DNA of 64,000 bases, from the IMG/VR virus record IMGVR_UViG_3300025875_000011, positions 12,217-76,216 of that record. One strand, 5' to 3'. The notes under the pieces were generated by a model. It was given only the letters and a program-made list of their open reading frames with translations, did not search any database and had not been told where the DNA came from. The number at the start of each line of letters is the position of its first letter. The first letter of the stretch is position 1. Origin of the DNA: a virus (Duplodnaviria > Caudoviricetes). Both the position numbers and the translations under genes were made by a program. Below, piece after piece: positions 24,498 through 33,142 of this stretch.

Positions 24498-26731
24498 CGT
24501 GCTCCTGTCAGCTGGGCCGTCTCGGGCCACAGCGTGGGGTGGGGGGCCGGGTCGTTGTTGTACCCCGACAGTCCGTTGCCGTGGTTCGGCCACGACCCCG
24601 TGATCTGCGGTGCGCTCTTGGTGCCCTCGTCAAGGAGAGACTCGCCGTGGACGTGGGACCCGGACCCGACGCTCGACCGTCCGGGGACGTTGCGGGCCCA
24701 AGCCGCGAACCCGGCCTGACGCATCGCCGTCTCCTTCGAGATGCAGTCGTCAGCGCCCGAGCAGGCGACGTCGACAGCACCCGGGTACTTGTGGGAGGTG
24801 CCCGACGCTCCGATGTGGCCGCCGCCGTACCCGCCTTGCATGAGGACCAGGTCCTTCCCGGTCTTCGACTCGACGAGGCGGATCTGGGCGGCGGTGATCG
24901 CGGACACGAACTTGCCGTCCATCGTCACCTTCTGCGACGGGACCGAGGGCGGGGCCACGACGCCGACCCCGATGGCCGCCTGGGCCGACGACGTCGCGAT
25001 CTCGTGCCACACCGCTTGACGGGCGGTGTGGTCGGACCCGAACTTGCCGAGGTCGTGGACCTCGTCGGGCATCCGGCCGGTGGTGGCGATGACGTCGATG
25101 GTCCGCTTGCGCAGCGTCGGGGACAGGTCGGGCATGTGGAGACCGACCTGGGCGTACATCCCGTTCGGGTCGCCGTCGAAGTTCATGTCGCCCATGACGA
25201 TGACCGGGCCGAGGGGGGCGTGCTGTCGGACGACCTCCTGCAACTTCTTCCACCCCCGGATGGCGACCGCGATCCGGTGGGGCTCGTCGGGGTTGAGGAC
25301 GCCGTGGCTCTGAATGTGGGGCAGCTGGTGCTGGTTGACGTACGTCTCGACCTGGCCGGTCCGGATACCGTCGGGTCCCTTCTTGGCCAGGACCATGACG
25401 ACGAGGTAGCGGTCGCCCTGGTCGGGACCCTCGACGTTGTCGCCGCGCTCGTAGTAGCCGATGGTGTCGTCGGCCACGAGGTCGTAGGTCTTGCGGTCGT
25501 AGAACATCTCGTGGCTGGTGTGCTTCCCGACGAACGCGAAGTCCTGGCCGTCCATAGCCGCGTTGACGGCCTCCTTCCGGTCGGGGTCGGACAACTCCTG
25601 GGTGGCGATCACCTTCGCCTGCTTGGTGAACCCGACGAGGGCCTTCACCACCCGCTGGTCGTTGCCGTGCTGCTCGCGGGGGTAGACGCTGCCGTGGTAG
25701 CCGTTCCAGGTGATGACGGAGGTCCCCGAGATCGGAGCCCCCGCCCCCGCCGTCGGCGAGCAGCCGGGCGTCGGGCCCGGGGTCGTCGGGACGGTCGGAG
25801 CCGGGGCCGGGGCCTCCTCGCCGGGGCCCACGCCGGACGTGTCGCCCGGGCCGGTCCCGTTCGTCTTCGGCTCGAGGAGCTTCCCGAGGCCCTTCCCGAC
25901 CTGCGGGGCCAGGCCGCCGACCTCGCTGCCCGGGACCGGGCTCCCACCGTCGCCGCTGGGCGGGGCCGTGGAGATCGTGGCGTAGCGGGCGTACTGGCCG
26001 ACGTGGGACTGGGCCGTCTTGTACGTCGACCAGTCACCGGCCCACGTTCCCCCGCGCCCCTTCCACAGCGCGTAGGCGTACTTCGCGTTGACGTACGGGT
26101 CGGTCCGGTCGCCCAGCTTCAAGTGGTCAGCGTTCGGGCCGGAGATCTGCCAGTAGCCGACGTGGTTGCTCGAGTTGGCGATGTCGTGGTCGTAGCCCGA
26201 CTCGTACTTGGCGATCGACACACCGAGCGGGATCTGGCCGAGCCACTTCGCGTCGGTCGGGGCCGCCGCGCGGAGCGCAGCCGCGGCCAGGTCGGGGCCG
26301 TCCTCGCCGGCCGTCCCGCTGGTCCCAGCGGGCGACAGCGGAGCGTTGGGGCTGGAGGGGAGGGTGACGGCTGGCTGGCAGCACGACGCGAGCGCAGCGG
26401 CCCGACGCTTCTCGGTCTCGACCTGCCACCCCGTCTGCCAGGTGCTGTCCTCGCCGGTCTTCACGTTGGAGTCGAAGTTGTCGAACCAGCCCTCGATCGT
26501 CCCGATCCCGCCCATGACGTTGCGGTAGATGTCGAGCGCCGACGGGGCGTCACCCTCGGTGAAGTTGTGGACGACCTTCCCGAAGGAGCCGACCTTCTCC
26601 CCGACGGAGAACGCGGCCGGGGTCCCGACCTCCCCGCCGCACGTCACCTCGACCTCGTCCATGTTGAAGGCGACGATCCCGACGAGGAGCACGCCGACGG
26701 TCAGCGCGGCGGTCTTGCGTCCGAGGCTCAC
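24494..26731 (-). CDS. Membrane-anchored multidomain cell-wall hydrolase: SLT transglycosylase + EEP domain + Zn-peptidase (M15-like)
   Basis: N-terminal TM; SLT: SIAKYESG...VGYWQIS...DPYVNAKYA...DWSTY; EEP: ITWN...ATQE...GDMN...SDH; C-terminus QGGY...SGTSHKYPGAVD...GFAAWAR...HVH, like actinophage endolysin peptidase domains. Confidence 0.8.
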   Translation of the reverse strand: MSLGRKTAALTVGVLLVGIVAFNMDEVEVTCGGEVGTPAAFSVGEKVGSFGKVVHNFTEGDAPSALDIYRNVMGGIGTIEGWFDNFDSNVKTGEDSTWQTGWQVETEKRRAAALASCCQPAVTLPSSPNAPLSPAGTSGTAGEDGPDLAAAALRAAAPTDAKWLGQIPLGVSIAKYESGYDHDIANSSNHVGYWQISGPNADHLKLGDRTDPYVNAKYAYALWKGRGGTWAGDWSTYKTAQSHVGQYARYATISTAPPSGDGGSPVPGSEVGGLAPQVGKGLGKLLEPKTNGTGPGDTSGVGPGEEAPAPAPTVPTTPGPTPGCSPTAGAGAPISGTSVITWNGYHGSVYPREQHGNDQRVVKALVGFTKQAKVIATQELSDPDRKEAVNAAMDGQDFAFVGKHTSHEMFYDRKTYDLVADDTIGYYERGDNVEGPDQGDRYLVVMVLAKKGPDGIRTGQVETYVNQHQLPHIQSHGVLNPDEPHRIAVAIRGWKKLQEVVRQHAPLGPVIVMGDMNFDGDPNGMYAQVGLHMPDLSPTLRKRTIDVIATTGRMPDEVHDLGKFGSDHTARQAVWHEIATSSAQAAIGVGVVAPPSVPSQKVTMDGKFVSAITAAQIRLVESKTGKDLVLMQGGYGGGHIGASGTSHKYPGAVDVACSGADDCISKETAMRQAGFAAWARNVPGRSSVGSGSHVHGESLLDEGTKSAPQITGSWPNHGNGLSGYNNDPAPHPTLWPETAQLTGAR

Positions 26732-27033
26732 CGGCGGAACACCCGCATCACGGCAGCGACCAGGAGGAGGACCAGCCCGATGAGGCCGATGACACCTCCC
26801 GCGTTGGGGAGGCCCGCGGTGGCGAACTTTCCGCCGCCCATGAGCACCCCGACACCGGTCGCGGCGACCCAGGTGGAGCGCCGGTAGGTCTTCTTCGGCG
26901 GGGTGGCGGGGTCAGCGTCTCGCGCGTCCTGGGCCTGGAGGTCGCGGCCGCGGCGGGACACGGTGGACTCCCGGACGTGGACGGTCCTGCCGTTGACGGT
27001 GCGGACGTGAGCTCGCCGGGTGAAGGTGCTCAT
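26728..27033 (-). CDS. Basic N-terminus, two-TM membrane protein
   Basis: TWVAATGVGVLMGGG...VIGLIGLVLLLVAAVMRVFRR; coupled to neighbours on both sides. Confidence 0.7.
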   Translation of the reverse strand: MSTFTRRAHVRTVNGRTVHVRESTVSRRGRDLQAQDARDADPATPPKKTYRRSTWVAATGVGVLMGGGKFATAGLPNAGGVIGLIGLVLLLVAAVMRVFRR

Positions 27034-29087
27034 TCGCTGTCTCCGAAGCCTGGGATGTGGGTGAGGTGGTCGCCGCCGACGAGGACCGGTTCACGTCGGG
27101 GGACCGGCTTGCGCTTCCGGGTCCGCGGCTTGGCCTTCGGCTTCGGCTCTTCGACGACGTCGACGACCTCGCCCTCGAGCACGACGGGAGCCGTCGCGTG
27201 GGGGTAGCCGCGGTACGCGTGGAGGATGTCGATGGGGGCCTGGTCCTCGAACAGGTCGGGCTCGACCGGCTCGGGCGTCTTGCGCTTCCGCTTCGGCAGA
27301 TCGAGGGGGGTGATCTCCCCGTCGCGGTCGAACTTCGGGCCCCGGTAGGTGAGGCGGGTCAGGTGGGTGGCCCGGTTGTTCCCCGCGCCGGCGATGTTGA
27401 ACATCGGCTGGAGGGCGTGGATCTCCTTCGACTCCCAGGCGAGCGCGGTCGGCTCGCCTGGGAAGACGCCCGACTCGGTCCAACGGACGTGGGTGGCCCA
27501 CCAGCGGCAGTCGACGTTGGAGCAGCCGGGGAACGGGCACCAGCCCTTCCACACGTCGTCGCGGCGGTGCTCGCCGTAGCGGCGGTCCCGCTTGTTCGTC
27601 TCCCCCGAGTAGATGTGGATGGCCCGTCCCTTCGGGGTGACGCCGAACGCGCGGTAGCCGTAGTGGGGACGCAGACCGTTGCGGAGTTCCCGGGCCAGGT
27701 CGCGGGTCATCATGTTCTCGGGCAGCTCGCCGGTCGTCATGAGGTGGCGGACGTGCTGCTTCCCGACGTCGGCGGTGCGGAACTTCATCCGCTCCCCCTC
27801 CTCGGTGACGTAGTAGCCGACGCCCCGCATCCCGAAAGGGATCTGGGAGCAGGGGACGCCTTCGTTCTCCCCGATTCCGAGGACAGCCTTCGTGTCCTCA
27901 GCCGACGTCTGACGCATCGAGGCCCGCAGCTGGAAAGCCTTTCGGATACCGCCGATCTCCTGGACGGTGGCGACCTGGACGCTCATCCACACAAAGTCGG
28001 CGGTGCTCCGACCCTGAGACATGTAGACGCCCATGTCGGTCTTCGCCATTCCGGCCTGGAATAGCGGGGCCACGTCGAGGCCTTCGTCGATGATCGTCAA
28101 GACGCCGGGAAAGTCGGGGTTAGGCCCGCCGATGTCGTTGAGGTCCATCGCCTCCTTTTCGGCCAGGATCTCTTGACGTTCGTGGAGTTCGGCGCGCATG
28201 GCCTTGAAGTGTTCGGTGGCCTCCTCCAGCGTGGTGAAGTAGCCGCGGATGCGGATGTTCCCGTGGCCGAAGGACTTGCCGACCCACCGCTGGAACCAGC
28301 GCAACTCGGTGCGCTTCGGGTCGACGATCCACACGTCGGTCGGCGTCTCGTCGCGGACGAGGTCGAACCACAGGTTCCAGGTGAACTTGCTCTTACCGGC
28401 CCCCGACGCGGCACCGACGAGGATGTTGAAGCCGTACGGGACCTGGGCCACCTTCCCGTCGTTCTGCCAGCCGAAGGAGATCGACGCCTTCCCCGACGGG
28501 GGGAGGTCGAGGATCGACCGGGTCGCCTCGAGCGGGCTCTTGTCCCAGAACGTCAACCACCCAGCGCCCTTCCCGGACGGGCTGATCGAGATCTCCTCGC
28601 ACTTCATCGTCCCGGGGAGGACGGTGACGGCGTCAGCGGAGATGCGGGCCATGTCGCCACCGAGCGAGCCGGGACTGACGTAGGCCCGGACCTGCCCGGT
28701 CGGCGTCAACTTCTTGCGGAGGAGCTTCGGCTCGACCCCGTTCCACGACACCTTCTGGCCGGCCGTGTAGATGGCCCACCGGGCGTCGATGTCGCCGAAC
28801 TTCTTCCCGCTGGTCAGGAAGTTGAACGGAAGCCGCCACCACGGGACCTCAACGCCTTCGTCGACGAGCTCGGCGCGACGGTCGATGATCTTCGTGACCA
28901 CCAGCCACAGCAGGACGGCGGCGATGGTGAGGAGGACGACCTTCCCGCCGCTGAAGATGTCGCCGGTGAGGTCCCAGCACAGCCACCAGTAGAGGCCGAG
29001 GACGGTCAGCGCGACCGGGGGTGGGAAGTCCATCCACCGACGGTTCGGCGTGCCGATCCAGTTCCACAGATCCTTCATGGCCTTCAC
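27030..29087 (-). CDS. FtsK/SpoIIIE (TraB-like) DNA translocase fused to a C-terminal GIY-YIG-like nuclease domain
   Basis: Two N-terminal TMs; Walker A GAASGAGKS; WIVDPKRTEL; Walker B TIIDEG; QGRS...MSVQ...IRKAFQLR; C-terminus YGYRAF...HIYSGET..R..R..EH...WW...E..EI....PMFN. Confidence 0.85.
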   Translation of the reverse strand: MKAMKDLWNWIGTPNRRWMDFPPPVALTVLGLYWWLCWDLTGDIFSGGKVVLLTIAAVLLWLVVTKIIDRRAELVDEGVEVPWWRLPFNFLTSGKKFGDIDARWAIYTAGQKVSWNGVEPKLLRKKLTPTGQVRAYVSPGSLGGDMARISADAVTVLPGTMKCEEISISPSGKGAGWLTFWDKSPLEATRSILDLPPSGKASISFGWQNDGKVAQVPYGFNILVGAASGAGKSKFTWNLWFDLVRDETPTDVWIVDPKRTELRWFQRWVGKSFGHGNIRIRGYFTTLEEATEHFKAMRAELHERQEILAEKEAMDLNDIGGPNPDFPGVLTIIDEGLDVAPLFQAGMAKTDMGVYMSQGRSTADFVWMSVQVATVQEIGGIRKAFQLRASMRQTSAEDTKAVLGIGENEGVPCSQIPFGMRGVGYYVTEEGERMKFRTADVGKQHVRHLMTTGELPENMMTRDLARELRNGLRPHYGYRAFGVTPKGRAIHIYSGETNKRDRRYGEHRRDDVWKGWCPFPGCSNVDCRWWATHVRWTESGVFPGEPTALAWESKEIHALQPMFNIAGAGNNRATHLTRLTYRGPKFDRDGEITPLDLPKRKRKTPEPVEPDLFEDQAPIDILHAYRGYPHATAPVVLEGEVVDVVEEPKPKAKPRTRKRKPVPRREPVLVGGDHLTHIPGFGDSE

Positions 29088-29170
29088 GGTGCGGGGGTCC
29101 TTCCGGGGGGTGGTGGTGGTAGACGAGGACGTCGGTACCCAGTGCAGGTACCGACGCCCTCAGGGGTGGC

Positions 29171-29401
29171 TCAGCCCTTCGACGGAGCCGAAGCGATGTC
29201 GAACGCCTTGTCGAACTTGTCGCCACCGCCGGAGAGGGAACCGGCGAGGACGCCGGCTCCCTGCTCACCGGTGTCGCGGACGGCGTTCGTCATGTTGGCC
29301 GCGGCCTGGACGTCTCGCATCTGCGCGATCCCTCCGATGGCGAACGACAGGATGATGAACGTGCCGAGGATCAGTCGGCTCAGGGATCCGCTCTTGAACA
29401 T
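29171..29401 (-). CDS. Small single-TM protein heading the FtsK operon
   Basis: MFKSGSLSRLILGTFIILSFAIGGIAQM... Confidence 0.65.
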   Translation of the reverse strand: MFKSGSLSRLILGTFIILSFAIGGIAQMRDVQAAANMTNAVRDTGEQGAGVLAGSLSGGGDKFDKAFDIASAPSKG

Positions 29402-29502
29402 GAGGTGGGTGCCTCTCGGATGGGGGTCGGGGGGAGCGGTTGGCCTGACCCCCCGGAAGGGGGTCAGTGCTTGGTCCTGCCGCAGGTCACACTCGCTGGA
29501 CC

Positions 29503-30091
29503 GGGGAGTCCGTCACTCCCCCGACGGGGTGGGACGTCTCGGTGCTGGAGTCCTGCTGGACGAGGGGACAGGGGCCTCGCGTTCCTTCCCTTGGTGGTGG
29601 TGTCGGGGCGGGGGTTCGGACCCTCCCCTGGCTGAGCAGCCCTCAGGATAGCGTGAACCGGTTCCACGGTGGTAGGCGGCGGCCCAGCGGGGCCTACGCC
29701 TACCACTCCAGCTGCCCTATCCACCGGTCGGGAACGGGCTGCTGTTGACGCCTGCTTGACATGGCGAATAGGATCGGCGTCGCACCACTCGCTCCGCTCC
29801 CCGCGCGGCGCCGGACCCCCCCACCTCGTCCGGCCAGGCCCCGCCTGCCGCCCTCCCCCAACCTGTTGCTCGGGCTGGCTGTCGAGGTACGGCTCAGGCC
29901 CCGCAGTGCCGCCTTCTCCCACCGTGGAACCGGTTCCCGCGATCCTGTCGGTCTGCCCAGCCCGGGTCGGGTCCTCTCCCCCGCCCCTCCCCCACCACCT
30001 CGGGAGAGGAACGCTCGTCCCCTGTCCCCGCGTCCGCAGGACTCCCGCACCTTGACGTCCCACCCCGGCAGGGGAGGGACACAGACTCCCC
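29503..30091. repeat. Long imperfect inverted repeat (two ~180-bp arms around a ~225-bp spacer)
   Basis: Arm 29503-29680 is the reverse complement of 29908-30091. Shared blocks: GGGGTGGGACGTC, GGAGTCCTGC, GGGGACAGGGG, GCGTTCCT, GGGGCGGGGG, GAACCGGTTCCACGGTGG. Confidence 0.9.
29745..29774 (+). promoter_or_regulatory. SigA/HrdB-type promoter facing the right arm of the inverted repeat
   Basis: TTGACG-N18-TAGGAT; no + strand gene follows. Confidence 0.5.
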
Positions 30092-30214
30092 TGGTCCCGC
30101 GAGGGTGTCTGCGGGGGGACCACGACCCTCCTCGCGGGGGTCGTCCCCTAGGGGGGTGTGGGGGGGACAGCAAAGCGCCCGCCCCCCTGGGTGGGGACGG
30201 GCGCTCGGGTTGCG

Positions 30215-30391
30215 TCAGCGGGGGGTGGGGGGCCAGGTGGTGACGGCCAGGACCTTCGGTGCGCAGTTCTCGCACGCGATGGGGTGGGCGATGAGAACGA
30301 CCCCATCCCGTAGGACGGCCTGCCACCGGGCCGTCATGACCCACACGCTGGCCAGGGAGTAGCGGGTGGTCTTGACCTGGCTACTCAGCAT
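30215..30391 (-). CDS. Hypothetical 58-aa protein
   Basis: Manual translation MLSSQVKTTRYSLASVWVMTARWQAVLRDGVVLIAHPIACENCAPKVLAVTTWPPTPR. Confidence 0.4.
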   Translation of the reverse strand: MLSSQVKTTRYSLASVWVMTARWQAVLRDGVVLIAHPIACENCAPKVLAVTTWPPTPR

Positions 30392-30650
30392 GGCTGGCTC
30401 GCCGTCGCGCTCCGGAGGATCGCTTCCCGGAGTCGCGGTGGCGCTGGTCGATCGCCGTCTCTCCCGTGGAGTGGCCCTTCCACCCGGAGAGGGCGTAGCC
30501 GGCCGCGGCTCCCCACTCCGGGTCGGGGACGATGTCCTGGCGGCCGTTGAGGGCAGCTGGGGTGTGCTCGGGACAGCGGGGTCCGGGCTGGTACATCCGG
30601 ACCCCCTTCGTGGCCGCGCAGGACTTCGTCTGGAGCCAGTGTTCGCACAT
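30381..30650 (-). CDS. Hypothetical Cys-containing protein
   Basis: MCEHW...C...RMYQPGPRCPEHTPAAL.GR. Confidence 0.65.
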   Translation of the reverse strand: MCEHWLQTKSCAATKGVRMYQPGPRCPEHTPAALNGRQDIVPDPEWGAAAGYALSGWKGHSTGETAIDQRHRDSGKRSSGARRRASHAE

Positions 30651-31012
30651 CATCCGACCACCTTGACAGGTCGGCCCGGGCAACGCGCGAACAGCGTCAC
30701 GCCCTCCCCCTCCCCCGTGGTGTCCTCCACGGGGAAGGACCGGTGGCCCTGGGGGAAGGGGTGGGAGCGGAGCCACGGCTTCTTCGGCCAGGTGGTGAAG
30801 CACTGGGGGCAGATCCACCACCCGACCGGGTCGAAGACGCGCTTGGTCGGGATCGGCCAGGAGCCGGACGACGACGCGCCGACCTGGGGGTGGTCGGTGA
30901 CGAGGTGGACGGTGGCCCGGTCGGGACACCACGGGTCCCCGCACACCGGGGCAGGGTGGGGTTCGGGCCGGAACAGCCAGGCCTCGAGGATGCGGGCCAG
31001 GGGGTGGATCAC
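30650..31012 (-). CDS. Hypothetical Zn-finger protein
   Basis: VCGDPWC...WICPQC...RCPG. Confidence 0.55.
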   Translation of the reverse strand: MIHPLARILEAWLFRPEPHPAPVCGDPWCPDRATVHLVTDHPQVGASSSGSWPIPTKRVFDPVGWWICPQCFTTWPKKPWLRSHPFPQGHRSFPVEDTTGEGEGVTLFARCPGRPVKVVG

Positions 31013-31272
31013 AGGCCACCTCCGCGACAGTTCGCGGTACACGTCCCGCCGTCGAGGATGTCGCACCACGGGAGGTGGAGGGCGAGCTCGGCCTCACGCT
31101 TTACCCAAGCGCGGCCAGCGAGCGGCGCGAACACCGTCTCGCCGGGAGTCACGTTGGCCAGGTCGTCCCGGATGAGGTTCAGGTAGGCCGGCCGAGCCGG
31201 GTCCTGCTCGGGGTAGAGCGGGACCACGTTCACGTCCAGGGGGGCGGGGTCGAGGTCCATCCAGTCGGCCAT
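31009..31272 (-). CDS. Hypothetical protein
   Basis: MADWMDLDP...CDILDGGTCTANC; TGATG coupling. Confidence 0.6.
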   Translation of the reverse strand: MADWMDLDPAPLDVNVVPLYPEQDPARPAYLNLIRDDLANVTPGETVFAPLAGRAWVKREAELALHLPWCDILDGGTCTANCRGGGL

Positions 31273-32351
31273 CAGCGCCACACCTTCGACTCGCGGTGGA
31301 CGAGGTCGAACCAGCGCATCGTCTGCTCGACTTCGGCCAGCGACTTGATCGTGACGATGGCGTTGGTGTTGTAGGAGCTGCCTCCCAAGTTCGCGGAGCC
31401 GGTGATCACCTCGTTGACCTTCTTCGACCGGATCAGGATCACCTTGGCATGGTCCTTCACCTCGGCGAACGACGTGTCGCGGGTGTCGATGTCGTATTTC
31501 CGGATCGCCTTCAACACGTCGGGCTCGGTCTGCTCGGACGCGATGACGAGGCGGACGTAGCAGCCCTGCCGCTTCTTCTTCCCGGCCTCGATCGCCACTT
31601 CCTTGCGGGAGTCGTTCCAGATCATCATCACGACCTCGATGGTCGGGCGGACTTTCTTCCCGTGGAGGGTGTAGGCGTCGCAGTTGACGGCCGCGACTTC
31701 CTTGGCCCGGTTGTCCGGCCCGCCCGGGAGATAGTCGATTTTCCAGCTGCCGTCCTTCGACTTGATCGACTTCGGCGACTTCACCTTGCGGTCGTAGCCG
31801 AGCGCCTTCACCCAGGCGGTGGTGGTGGTGTAGATCTTCCGGTCGTACGTCGAGGACCAGGTGTTCCACTTCACCTCGCCGGTGTTGGTGACGTTCCCGG
31901 AGGCGAGGAGCGAGCGGCCGGTCGTCTCGTTCCCGAGGAACTTGAGGTGCTGGACGCCCTTCCCCTTCTTCGCGGACGCGGGGGACCCGTCGGCCTTGAT
32001 CGCCCACGAGCTGGCCTTCGGGTTCGACCCGAGGCGGTGGACGAGGTCGTCCATCGCGTTGTAGTGGTCGCCCTTCCACGACAGGACGCGGACGTTGACG
32101 TGGCGGGCGATGGCGCGGACGAGCGCGGAGTGGACCTCCCAGTTCGACAGGCCGTACGTGGCGAGGGTGAGGTCGTCGCCGGCCTTGGCCCGGTCGATCT
32201 CCAGGCGCATCTGGTGGTTGAAGGAGTCGGCGGTGGTCTTGGTCCCACCGGCCGAGGAGGGGATGTTGAAGGAGATCGCCTGAGCGGGAATCGCCGGGGC
32301 GACGAGGAGAGCGGTGGTGGCCAGGCCGGCCAGGACGGGGCGGAGCTTCAT
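31272..32351 (-). CDS. Secreted phospholipase D-superfamily protein
   Basis: Signal peptide MKLRPVLAGLATTALLVAPAIPAQA; two HxK motifs, QHLKF...LASGNVT and DHAKV...ITGSANL. Confidence 0.82.
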   Translation of the reverse strand: MKLRPVLAGLATTALLVAPAIPAQAISFNIPSSAGGTKTTADSFNHQMRLEIDRAKAGDDLTLATYGLSNWEVHSALVRAIARHVNVRVLSWKGDHYNAMDDLVHRLGSNPKASSWAIKADGSPASAKKGKGVQHLKFLGNETTGRSLLASGNVTNTGEVKWNTWSSTYDRKIYTTTTAWVKALGYDRKVKSPKSIKSKDGSWKIDYLPGGPDNRAKEVAAVNCDAYTLHGKKVRPTIEVVMMIWNDSRKEVAIEAGKKKRQGCYVRLVIASEQTEPDVLKAIRKYDIDTRDTSFAEVKDHAKVILIRSKKVNEVITGSANLGGSSYNTNAIVTIKSLAEVEQTMRWFDLVHRESKVWR

Positions 32352-32401
32352 GGGGTGGGTCCTTCTGTGGTGGTGGTGCGGGTGGTGGGTTGGTGGAGGC
32401 G

Positions 32402-33142
32402 TCAGAACGGGTCTCCTACTTGGGTGGTGGTGGGCTCGGGGTCGACCTTCTTGACCCACGGGAGGCGGACGGACGTGAACCCTCGGTCGATGCTGGCCCG
32501 GAGGTATCCGGGCTCGACCAGGCCGATCGAGACCATGACCGCGAGGAGCGCCCACAGCTGGTCGCCCGTCATGGGGGTGTCGAGGTAGAGGTGGCCGTGG
32601 CCTTCGGTCGTCGACGGCACATAGGTGACGGGGACGTCGAGGTCGATCACCGGGGCGTGGAGGGCCGTGGCGAGGTGCTCGGGGTCGATCGTCCCGTCCT
32701 TGCGGGTCTTGGGCCAGAACTCCTCCTGGATCAGCGAGGTGACGACGTCGGCCCGGGCGACACCGGTCGGGGCCACGCTCCCCTCGTAGGACGACCAGTC
32801 GGCCACGGTCCCTGTGACCCGCTTCACGGTGCCGGGGACCACCTTCGCGTCGTGCTCCGCGAGCACAGAGGCCGGGTAGTCCTCGCGGGGCATGATCCCG
32901 GGGCTGGTGGTCGCGTCTTGGAACTGCTCGGCCGTGACCTCGAGAGCCAGGTTCGTGAGGGTCGCGCTGACGGCCTCGGCCATCCGGTCCTCGGGGTCCT
33001 CGTCGGTCCGGGAGTCGAGGAACCGCACGAACGCGCCGAGCACGCCCGCGGCGGCGGCGTCGACCTCAGCTGCCGTGGTCGTCCGGGGGAGGGTCTCCTT
33101 GATCGCCGCGGCCACCTCCTCGCGGAGCGTGAGCGTGGTCAT
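32402..33142 (-). CDS. Hypothetical protein with AEP/prim-pol-like C-terminal motifs
   Basis: HAPVIDLD (DxD) and STTEGHGHLY (GxHhY). Confidence 0.5.
   Translation of the reverse strand: MTTLTLREEVAAAIKETLPRTTTAAEVDAAAAGVLGAFVRFLDSRTDEDPEDRMAEAVSATLTNLALEVTAEQFQDATTSPGIMPREDYPASVLAEHDAKVVPGTVKRVTGTVADWSSYEGSVAPTGVARADVVTSLIQEEFWPKTRKDGTIDPEHLATALHAPVIDLDVPVTYVPSTTEGHGHLYLDTPMTGDQLWALLAVMVSIGLVEPGYLRASIDRGFTSVRLPWVKKVDPEPTTTQVGDPF

Noticed and set aside
24180-29401. Type IV secretion or type VII (ESX) system
   Set aside because: There is only one FtsK domain (EccC has three), and no WXG100, VirB4, VirD4 or relaxase was recognised.
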